Shown here: in pieces, positions 1-7,750 of the stretch
Layout: each line of letters begins with the position of its first letter
Numbering within the stretch: the first letter of the stretch is position 1
DNA from: an uncultured bacterium
Lineage (GTDB): Bacteria; SAR324; NAC60-12
DNA length: 47,375 bases
Reading direction: 5' to 3'
Assembly (NCBI GenBank): GCA_965662845.1
Contig: CBFIJD010000008.1
Location: 1-47,375 of the forward strand
Notes under the pieces: generated by a model
Databases searched by the model: none
Seen by the model: only the letters and a program-made list of their open reading frames with translations
Told to the model about the DNA's origin: nothing
Translations under genes and position numbers: made by a program

Positions 1-118
1 CTCTCGCTTTTTTTGGCAAACAAAATGAGACCGTGGATGCGAAGATGTTACTTTTGCGGATCAAGCGGGCTTGGTGGTCTGAGAGAGCAGGGAGAGCAGA
101 GAGAAGTTGGCGGGGGGG

Positions 119-475
119 CTAGTTGTACCAGCGCAGCGCGAAGATGCCGCCAAGGAAGACGATGCCCATCATCGGGGCCAGAAAGAGGAGCGCCATCCCC
201 ACGAGCAGCAGGCACAGCGAGGCGACATTGAGCGCGAGGCGACGCTGAGACTCTGTTTCAGGCGTCGGCGGTGGAGGGAGCGGGCCCTCGCGATGTAGTT
301 CGGATTCCACGTCATGCAGAATTTCTTGCATCTCAGAATCGGTCAGCCCATAGACTTCTTTAACCGCTTCAAGCTCGGTTTGGAAGTTCTCGGCCTCCTG
401 TTTTTCTTCGCGATAGGTCTCCGCTTTTTGCTGCACACGGCGCAGCAACTCTCGATACTGCTCTTCAGGTGTCAT
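119..475 (-). CDS. Hypothetical membrane protein (charged N-terminal helix, Pro-rich linker, C-terminal two-helix hydrophobic segment)
   Basis: 118-aa ORF starting 7 nt after the stop of the PilZ gene on the same strand; hydrophobic C-terminus LALNVASLCLLLVGMALLFLAPMMGIVFLGGIF. Confidence 0.7.
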   Translation of the reverse strand: MTPEEQYRELLRRVQQKAETYREEKQEAENFQTELEAVKEVYGLTDSEMQEILHDVESELHREGPLPPPPTPETESQRRLALNVASLCLLLVGMALLFLAPMMGIVFLGGIFALRWYN

Positions 476-482
476 GATGAGC

Positions 483-1685
483 TTAGGCTGCGGCGTTTTG
501 TTGCTTCTTCAAGCGGTGGAGATACTGCAGCAACTTGATACGGGTGAGCGTGCTGTTGTCACGGAATTGCAGGTGAATGTCCGTGTGTTTGTCGCGTTGA
601 ATGGCCCCGACGACGTTGGCGGCGAGATCTTCGCGCAAGCTCGCTCCGTGCAGGTGAAACAGCAGAATGTCGCCGGGTTTCAGCGGATCTTCCATTTTTT
701 GTTTCACCAGCAACTTCATCCCCCCTGCGCTCATATCCACGATGGTGCTCTTGATGTTGTATTCCTCAGGAGGGCGACGATTGAGGCGCTCTCGCAAATC
801 ATAGTCGTTCGGATCGACCCGCCGCAGGTTAGCCGCCTGCTTCATTTCAATCCGCTCCGACTCACGGATTGCCATCTTGCGAATGTCGCTAGAGTGGCTC
901 AGCCAGACGACAGAAGGCGTCTCGGCTTTTTGCTCTTTGACATTCAAACTGAACTCATAATCAGCGTCTCCATGACGCCGGATGCGGCACTTGATTTTCT
1001 TGAATTGCTTCAGGTTGGCTGGGCGGCGTTTGATCATCGGAGGGTCGATGCGGACGCCTCCTTCTGTGACATCTTTGACCAGTGAGATGAAGGCCAGCTG
1101 TCGACCTTTGACAGCCACTTGACATTCGAGCCGCATATTCGGAACCAGCATCTTTGTGCTGACAACGGAGCAGTCTTTGTTGCTGATGATGAACTGCAAC
1201 TTATGACGCATCGCGTGCAGCGCAGTTTGGGTCTCTTCGTCTAGTTCTTCGCGTTCCCAGAATTCTTGGACGGCTTCTTCAAAAATTTTGTTGTTGCGCA
1301 TCATGGAGAGCAAGTCATCCGCTTCGCGTTCGCCAGCCAAACGGCGCACGAGCTCTACCTCTCCCTCTTCCATTTTGAGGCTTTCATAGATCGTGCTGAG
1401 GGTGTGCTCGACTTTTTCGCGGGCGATGCGTTTCTGTTCCGCCATCGCTTGTTGCTCGCGATAGCGTTTGAGGTAGAAGAAACCGCCAACTAATCCACCG
1501 ACGATGAAGAATATCGTGACGTAAAAACTGGTGGGAACGACAGCTGGGCCGCCGTAGTTCGCTTCGAGGTCAGAGAGCTGAAAGTTTCCAGATTGGCTCT
1601 TTTGTCCGGTCAGCACCGGCCAAAGCAGGAGAGTGAGGAAGTGAGGCCACCAACGGGTGATTCGGCCAAAAAGGTTTCGTCGCAT
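483..1685 (-). CDS. Membrane-anchored YcgR/flagellar-brake-like protein with C-terminal PilZ (c-di-GMP-binding) domain
   Basis: Signal-like N-terminus plus TM helix (FYVTIFFIVGGLVGGFFYL); PilZ motifs RxxxR (RESER) and DxSxGG (DMSAGG). Confidence 0.8.
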   Translation of the reverse strand: MRRNLFGRITRWWPHFLTLLLWPVLTGQKSQSGNFQLSDLEANYGGPAVVPTSFYVTIFFIVGGLVGGFFYLKRYREQQAMAEQKRIAREKVEHTLSTIYESLKMEEGEVELVRRLAGEREADDLLSMMRNNKIFEEAVQEFWEREELDEETQTALHAMRHKLQFIISNKDCSVVSTKMLVPNMRLECQVAVKGRQLAFISLVKDVTEGGVRIDPPMIKRRPANLKQFKKIKCRIRRHGDADYEFSLNVKEQKAETPSVVWLSHSSDIRKMAIRESERIEMKQAANLRRVDPNDYDLRERLNRRPPEEYNIKSTIVDMSAGGMKLLVKQKMEDPLKPGDILLFHLHGASLREDLAANVVGAIQRDKHTDIHLQFRDNSTLTRIKLLQYLHRLKKQQNAAA

Positions 1686-1827
1686 CGTGAAAATTTGGGC
1701 TAAACAATCTCAAAAGCGCTAGGCCAGACGCGGAGTCTGCCAATGAAAACACAGAAGCCATCGCATCCATGCGATACACCGGCAATACAAAAAGTGGGGA
1801 AATGTCGGCGGCGTGGTTGGGCAGTGG

Positions 1828-2661
1828 TTACTCCATGTACCACTCTTCTTCCAGGGAACTCTTGCGCTTTGTGTCATAGTTCACACGCAGAATGTCTCGG
1901 GTGTGGCCAGTGACCAGAGCGTGCTTTTTCTCTGGAAGTTGATCAAGGATGGGGACTGTGAAGCGATAGGTGCCGTCTTCTGGACGGTAGACCTCGCAGT
2001 GAATTTCGGGAAAATTCTTGAGATTCGCCGGCTTTTTGTTCACTGTCGGCGGCTTCAACAAAAGCTTGCTCTCGCTCAAGCCCAGCACCACGCTCTGAAA
2101 TTTGATTTCTTTGTCAGGGTGTGGGATCTGGCATTCGACGGTCTGTCCAGGGGCGAGCAGTTGAGTGAACTGAAAGGGCACTTGGCTATTGTTGAAGTCG
2201 AGTTTCAAGCGTTTGCGCAGCTGAAAAATCTCTTTCTGGGCGCTCACCGATTCGCCTTCGGATTGCAAAAAGACGTGCGCTTGGTTTTCGTACTTGTCGA
2301 GGGAACGGGCAAATTCGAGCACTTCGAGAGGGTCAACAGTTTGGAGGATGCGCTGCATGGAGCGACGGACGTCTTCGCTTTCATAGGCTTTGCCCATCAG
2401 CAATTCCAGCGAGCGCTCGGCTTGTTCGCGCAAGAACTGCTCTCGTTCTCGTTGGCGAGCGCGCTTTCGGATGAAGCTCAAGACCAGAACAGTGATCAAC
2501 ATGAGCGAGAGGAGCACAGAGACACCGATCAGCCACTCTTGAGAGAAGCTGCCAAATTGATTCTGAATCGCGAGATCCTTGACATCGAATTGGGGTTCGC
2601 TCTGCCCCGTCAATCCCAGCCACCCTACAGCTAACATTGCCAGCATTCCAACACGTTTCAT
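1828..2661 (-). CDS. Membrane-anchored YcgR N-terminal-domain-like protein, paralogue of 483..1685 lacking PilZ
   Basis: Start placed at MKRVGMLAMLAVG (signal-like); TM helix; aligns by eye with its neighbour (PPTVNKKPANLKNF vs PPMIKRRPANLKQF); ends before any DxSxGG. Confidence 0.7.
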   Translation of the reverse strand: MKRVGMLAMLAVGWLGLTGQSEPQFDVKDLAIQNQFGSFSQEWLIGVSVLLSLMLITVLVLSFIRKRARQREREQFLREQAERSLELLMGKAYESEDVRRSMQRILQTVDPLEVLEFARSLDKYENQAHVFLQSEGESVSAQKEIFQLRKRLKLDFNNSQVPFQFTQLLAPGQTVECQIPHPDKEIKFQSVVLGLSESKLLLKPPTVNKKPANLKNFPEIHCEVYRPEDGTYRFTVPILDQLPEKKHALVTGHTRDILRVNYDTKRKSSLEEEWYME

Positions 2662-3346
2662 GATTCCGTCTCCGTGTTCTGTCGATAAAGAAACCAGCGC
2701 AGCGTCGAAGCTCAACCTGGCGTTTGGTGGCAGTTTCAACCCCGTCCACCGCGGACATGTGGCTCTGGCTGAAGCGCTGCTGAGCTTACCATCGCAACCC
2801 AACGTGTTTGTGATTCCGAGTGGAAACACTCCGCTCAAAGCGACGGAGACGTTGTTGCCTCCGGATTTGCGATTGCAGATGGTTCGGCTCGCGATGCCCA
2901 GCCATCAACGTCTGCAAGTTCTAGACATTGAAACGTTTCAAGGCACAAAAAGCTATACTTACCACACTTTGTGTCAACTTCATGACAAATATTCGCGAGC
3001 AGAGTGGGGGTGGGTGTTGGGGACGGACGCCTTTCAGCGTTTTGCGGATTGGTATCGAGCCTCAGAGGTTGCCCAACTCGCGACCCTGCTGCTTGTCCGG
3101 CGTCAGGGCGTGGAGTGGGCCTTCCCAGATTGTTGGGCGCCGCTGCAGCAGGTGTTTTCAGAACCAGACCTCACGCTGAAACTAGACCAATGCCGCTTGG
3201 GAGACAGAACCTTAGCTCAGGTCTTACCATTCACAGTCCCCGACATTAGCGCGACCTCGATTCGAGAGGGCCAAGCGGCGTTACATTGGGTTCCCGACGC
3301 GGCGCGACCGCTCTACGTTGATCACCTGAGACAACAGGATCGTTGA
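2660..3346 (+). CDS. nadD: Nicotinate-nucleotide adenylyltransferase
   Basis: FGGSFNPVHRGH (HxGH), SYTYHTL, LGTDAF..F..W and ISATSIR motifs; ATG at 2660. Confidence 0.9.
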   Translation: MIPSPCSVDKETSAASKLNLAFGGSFNPVHRGHVALAEALLSLPSQPNVFVIPSGNTPLKATETLLPPDLRLQMVRLAMPSHQRLQVLDIETFQGTKSYTYHTLCQLHDKYSRAEWGWVLGTDAFQRFADWYRASEVAQLATLLLVRRQGVEWAFPDCWAPLQQVFSEPDLTLKLDQCRLGDRTLAQVLPFTVPDISATSIREGQAALHWVPDAARPLYVDHLRQQDR

Positions 3347-3934
3347 TTGGATAAAGCTCAACTGCGTCAAAAAATGTTGCACGAGCGGTCTCAAATGACG
3401 GCTGAAACGCGCCGCGCCGCGTCTCGGAAAATGTGGGATCAACTCTATGCGACAGCCTTGTGGGAGCACTGCGAGGTCTTGCACGCTTTTCTACCGCAGT
3501 TGCGAGAGCCCGACACGCTAGCCTTGGTGAGCCAAGCATTGGCACAGGAGAAGAATGTGATCACACCTGTGGTTGTGGGCAACGGGGTGCTTGAGCACGT
3601 CTGGCTAGAAGATGTGCACTCCACCCGCTTGAACCGCTGGCAGATTCCTGAAGTGGAACCACACAAAAGAAGACCCGCCGACCCAGCGGAAGCGCAGCTG
3701 CTGCTTGTCCCGGGGCTTGCCTTTGACCGAAGCGGCAATCGCGTGGGGTTTGGAGGAGGTTTTTACGATCGCTTTCTCAGCAGTGTGCCGCATATTCCAC
3801 GGTTAGGGGTTTGCTTCCAGTACCAATGGCTTGAACAAATCCCCGCAGAGGACCACGACATTCCGATGCACGGCATTCTCACTGAACAGACTCTGCACTG
3901 GGTCGGTTCGCATCCTCTATCACCACGCAAATGA
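3347..3934 (+). CDS. ygfA: 5-formyltetrahydrofolate cyclo-ligase
   Basis: K..LR N-terminus and LLLVPGLAFDRSGNRVGFGGGFYDRFL signature; TTG start directly after the nadD stop. Confidence 0.9.
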   Translation: MDKAQLRQKMLHERSQMTAETRRAASRKMWDQLYATALWEHCEVLHAFLPQLREPDTLALVSQALAQEKNVITPVVVGNGVLEHVWLEDVHSTRLNRWQIPEVEPHKRRPADPAEAQLLLVPGLAFDRSGNRVGFGGGFYDRFLSSVPHIPRLGVCFQYQWLEQIPAEDHDIPMHGILTEQTLHWVGSHPLSPRK

Positions 3935-3938
3935 TTCC

Positions 3939-5012
3939 ATGGATTCAAAAATTGTCACCACGATCTCGACGGATTCTCAGGGCCCTCCTGATCGGATTGG
4001 GGAGCGGGATCCTCTTTTGGATGCTGCAGAATCTCTGAGCTTAGAGGGCGATGACGACATCGTGAGCCACCGTGTCCCCGCTGAAGCGCAGGGGGCTCGA
4101 CTCGACAAGTGGTTGGCAGACTGGCCCGAATTCAGCTCTAGAGCCGAAGCGCAGCGGCTGCTCCAGCAGGAGCGCATTTTCCGGGGTGACCAGGCGATGA
4201 CTACGCCATCACAGAAGCTCAAAGAAGGGGAGGTCTACACGGCACACATCCCACCGCCGGAGCCTATGGCGTTCGTCGCGGAGGAGGGCCCCTTAGACAT
4301 TCTGTTTGAAGATGAGCACATCATTGTCCTCAACAAGCCTGCGGGACTCGTGGTGCACCCAGCGCCAGGACACACCAGAGGAACGCTAGTCAATCGGCTT
4401 TTGCACCACTGTGATGATTTGTCAGGGATCGGTGGTGTGCAACGACCGGGGATTGTGCATCGACTCGACAAGGACACGTCGGGCGTGCTGGTGGTGGCCA
4501 AGCATGATCGAGCACATCAGCGGTTGTCGCGTCAGTTTCGCAAACACACGATTCATCGCGAATACTCCGCGCTGGTGTGGAACAACCCGGTCAAATTGCA
4601 GGGCTTTGTGAACGCGCCGATTGGGCGGCATCCGCGAGAAAGACGGCAAATGGCTGTTGTCGAGGAGGGGCGGGAAGCCCACACCCATTGGATGGTGCGC
4701 AAGCGCTGGCAGGGCGTTAGCCATCTGCACTGCCGTTTGGAGACGGGGCGCACACATCAGATCCGTGTGCACATGACCTCCATTGGGCATCCGCTGATTG
4801 GAGACCCTCTTTATGGCAACATCGGAAAAACAAAGCACCTCTCTGAGCCGCTGAAAAGCGCGTTGTTGCAGTTTCATCGGCAAGCCTTGCACGCGGTTGA
4901 GCTGGGATTTGAACACCCCATCACCGAAGTGGAGTTGTTTTTTGAGACTCCCGAACCCGAAGACTTTCAACGTTTGCTGGCATTATTAGACGAGCACCTC
5001 CCTAGCAATTGA
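3939..5012 (+). CDS. rluD: RluA-family 23S rRNA pseudouridine synthase (RluD-like, S4 domain)
   Basis: RLDKWLA S4 start, NKPAGLVVHP, GIVHRLDKDTSG with catalytic Asp, LETGRTHQIRVH; start at MDSK (3939) approximate. Confidence 0.88.
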   Translation: MDSKIVTTISTDSQGPPDRIGERDPLLDAAESLSLEGDDDIVSHRVPAEAQGARLDKWLADWPEFSSRAEAQRLLQQERIFRGDQAMTTPSQKLKEGEVYTAHIPPPEPMAFVAEEGPLDILFEDEHIIVLNKPAGLVVHPAPGHTRGTLVNRLLHHCDDLSGIGGVQRPGIVHRLDKDTSGVLVVAKHDRAHQRLSRQFRKHTIHREYSALVWNNPVKLQGFVNAPIGRHPRERRQMAVVEEGREAHTHWMVRKRWQGVSHLHCRLETGRTHQIRVHMTSIGHPLIGDPLYGNIGKTKHLSEPLKSALLQFHRQALHAVELGFEHPITEVELFFETPEPEDFQRLLALLDEHLPSN

Positions 5013-5018
5013 GGCCTT

Positions 5019-6296
5019 TTGAGCAACCATCCCTACCCTGAAAATTATTACTGGGCGACCGCGAATCGACAGTTGAGTCATCCCCAATTGTCGGGCGATG
5101 TGCGTTGTGACGTCTGTGTGGTGGGCGGCGGCGTGACGGGGATCTCCACCGCGCTTGAACTCGCCGAGCAGGGCTATGAGGTGGTGTTGTTAGAGGCGAA
5201 GGAGGTCGGCTCGGGGGCGTCAGGTCGCAACGGAGGTCAATACATCTTCGGCTACAGTTGTAGCATGAAGACGCTACGCGACGCTCTGGGGGCCGCAGAC
5301 GCGCGGCGCTTGTGGGATTGGTCGTTAGAATCGATCCGGCACACGCAGCAACGGGTGGAGAAGCACCACATCGATTGCGATTGGCGATGGGGGCATCTGC
5401 ACGTCGGCTTGAAAGACCGGCACACGCGTGAACTCAGAGAGTGGCAGGCAGAGCTAGCTCGCGATTATGGATATGAGACACAGCTGGTAGAGGGTGAAGC
5501 CTTACGAGAGTTCGTGGCTTCCGAACGCTATCTCTCGGGTTTGTTTGATGCACACAGTGGTCACCTCCACCCCCTCAACTACACACTTGGACTCGCGCAA
5601 GCAGCCACCGACGCCGGTGTGCGCATTTTTGAGCATTCTCCTGCGCAAGCGTGGCAAGCGGCGCAAAAGGTGAAACTTCAAACTCCGCAAGGGCAAGTGG
5701 AGGCCGCATTTCTGGTGCTGGCGGGCAACGCTTATTTGGGAAAAGTCGGCAAGCACGCCGCCAGTCGCTTGATGCCTGTTGGAACCTATATCGCAGCCAC
5801 CGAACCCCTCGGAGACGATCGGGCCAAAGCGCTCTTGCCGCGCGACTCTGCGGTCGCTGATGTGCAGTTTGTGTTGGATTACTACCGTCTCTCTGCCGAC
5901 GGTCGACTGTTGTTTGGGGGCGGCGCGAGCTATTCCACTTTGCCGCCGCTGAACATGAAAGAAGCGATGCGTAAAGAAATGCTCAAAGTGTTTCCTCAAC
6001 TCAGTGATGTCCAAATGGAGTTCGCGTGGGGAGGCTTTGTGGGCATTACCTTGAACCGAGCACCACACTTTGGACGCTTGGCGCCGAATGTGGTGTTCGC
6101 GCAGGGGTTCTCAGGACACGGCGTCTCATTGACCGGCTTTGCAGGGAAGATCCTCGCTGAAGCGGTGGCTGGCACTGCCGAACGATTTGATGTGTTTGCT
6201 CGGATTCCACACTTACCGTTTCCAGGGGGGAGGTTGCTGCGAACCCCAAGCTTGGTGCTCGCGATGACGTGGTTCAAACTCCGCGACCTGCTCTAA
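5019..6296 (+). CDS. FAD-dependent oxidoreductase, gamma-glutamylputrescine oxidase (PuuB)-like
   Basis: VVGGGVTG Rossmann motif, GASGRNGGQ, GHLHPLNY, QGFSGHGV, C-terminal FPGG. Confidence 0.8.
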   Translation: MSNHPYPENYYWATANRQLSHPQLSGDVRCDVCVVGGGVTGISTALELAEQGYEVVLLEAKEVGSGASGRNGGQYIFGYSCSMKTLRDALGAADARRLWDWSLESIRHTQQRVEKHHIDCDWRWGHLHVGLKDRHTRELREWQAELARDYGYETQLVEGEALREFVASERYLSGLFDAHSGHLHPLNYTLGLAQAATDAGVRIFEHSPAQAWQAAQKVKLQTPQGQVEAAFLVLAGNAYLGKVGKHAASRLMPVGTYIAATEPLGDDRAKALLPRDSAVADVQFVLDYYRLSADGRLLFGGGASYSTLPPLNMKEAMRKEMLKVFPQLSDVQMEFAWGGFVGITLNRAPHFGRLAPNVVFAQGFSGHGVSLTGFAGKILAEAVAGTAERFDVFARIPHLPFPGGRLLRTPSLVLAMTWFKLRDLL

Positions 6297-6362
6297 ACAA
6301 AAGGGTGCCGCCTTTGCATCACATCGCGCTGTTGATCAACCAATTTTTTGTTAGGAAGCGAG

Positions 6363-7361
6363 ATGGGAGCAATGTGGCGTCGAGTGGTGTTGGGGGGGTG
6401 TCTGCTGAATCTGCTTTGGCTGGGAAGTGCGTATGCACAGGTCTCAGAACGCAGAGTCGTAGCGACGTTGAACGAAACTCGTGGGAGAGTCTCTGTGTTG
6501 CTGGCGCGCAACGGAAAAACCGACATCGGACGCAACGGCATGTTCTTGCAACCCGGAGATCGGATCACGACAGGCGCCGCAGGGAAAGCGACGGTTCTGT
6601 TTCGGAATGGTTCAAAAATGCGCCTGTTTGAAAACTCGGACTTTGAGATCACCCGTGTTGCGGAGGCCGCAGCGACCCGAGAGCGCTCTTTTGACTTTGA
6701 ACTGAACCTGCGCAAGGGGAGCCTGCGAGGGAACTTGCGCCAAGGTCGGCAAACCGCCCGCATCCGAACGCCTGTAGTCGTGATCGGTGTCAAAGGGACG
6801 GTGTTCCGAGTGACAGAAGAGCCCGCAGAAGGCACCAGCGTCGCGGTGACGGAGGGACAGCTCGCGATCACGAACTCAAACTCCAGCGTCGAAGTTGGGC
6901 CTGGACAACGTGTTCGTCGAGCAAAAGTGTTTGACGAGCTGAGCGAGAAGTTGGAAGACCTGCCGAATCAGATTGTGATGCTTCCCAGCACCCCGATAAT
7001 TGACTTTAGCCAACCCGGACAACAGGTCGTCAACGTGACGCTTCAGATGACCGATGTGCGCAGCCAGAAGAATGTGAGCGTGCGTGGCCCGATCTATTTG
7101 GAGAGCTTCTACTACAACATCCGCTTCCCGGCTTCGGTGTCGCTAGACAGTGAGGGGACCGCGAGGGTGCCGATGCGAATTAGCCCACCCCGCCTTGACG
7201 ACCCGGATTTTGATGGTCGCATCATCGTGCGGGCCTACCTAGACAGCTCGCGCTTTGATGGGTTTGGAGAGGGGAGCTTGGTGCTGAAGTCGCAGGGATT
7301 TTTGAACGAAAGGAAGCTGGAAATCGACGCCAGCAGCGGGGAGGTCTTGCTGGAAGACTAG
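6363..7361 (+). CDS. Exported FecR-domain protein
   Basis: Signal peptide ending AYA; LQPGDRITTG, IRTPVVVIGVKGTVF and VAVTEG FecR-type motifs; start 6363 or 6372. Confidence 0.75.
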   Translation: MGAMWRRVVLGGCLLNLLWLGSAYAQVSERRVVATLNETRGRVSVLLARNGKTDIGRNGMFLQPGDRITTGAAGKATVLFRNGSKMRLFENSDFEITRVAEAAATRERSFDFELNLRKGSLRGNLRQGRQTARIRTPVVVIGVKGTVFRVTEEPAEGTSVAVTEGQLAITNSNSSVEVGPGQRVRRAKVFDELSEKLEDLPNQIVMLPSTPIIDFSQPGQQVVNVTLQMTDVRSQKNVSVRGPIYLESFYYNIRFPASVSLDSEGTARVPMRISPPRLDDPDFDGRIIVRAYLDSSRFDGFGEGSLVLKSQGFLNERKLEIDASSGEVLLED

Positions 7362-7363
7362 AA

Positions 7364-7708
7364 TTAGTCTTCGTTGTTGGGGGGCATGGTTTGATCTTTC
7401 CACCATTGGTCGTTTCCCTTCCGATATTCCTCAAGAAGTTTCCGCAAGTGAATGACCTCTCGGCTGAGCCGCTCAATTTTGTCTCGTTGATCTTGGGGGA
7501 TCTGCATGAGCCGTCTCTCATCTGACATCAGCCGCTCCAGAAAAGAGCACGTCATGCGGTACTGCTTCTCCGAGTGCTTCAACATCTGTAACATCCGCTG
7601 ATTGATCTCTCCCTTCTTATGATATTCCTGTAGCAGATCACGCAAGAGCACTGTGCATCCCACCAAAAATCCGTACGTCGCAGAGTCTAATTCAATCTGG
7701 TCTGACAT
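7364..7708 (-). CDS. Hypothetical helical protein
   Basis: 114-aa ORF filling the gap after the antiporter; GGAAGAAGA upstream of ATG. Confidence 0.65.
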   Translation of the reverse strand: MSDQIELDSATYGFLVGCTVLLRDLLQEYHKKGEINQRMLQMLKHSEKQYRMTCSFLERLMSDERRLMQIPQDQRDKIERLSREVIHLRKLLEEYRKGNDQWWKDQTMPPNNED

Positions 7709-7750
7709 AAGTCTTCTTCCAATTGGAGCGTCGGTCTTCGGGTTGAGGAG

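Noticed and set aside
1813..2634. 273-aa plus-strand ORF
   Set aside because: Antisense shadow of the YcgR-like gene with no motifs
3340..3350. 6S RNA upstream of the 5-FTHF cyclo-ligase gene
   Set aside because: The gene abuts the nadD stop, leaving no room
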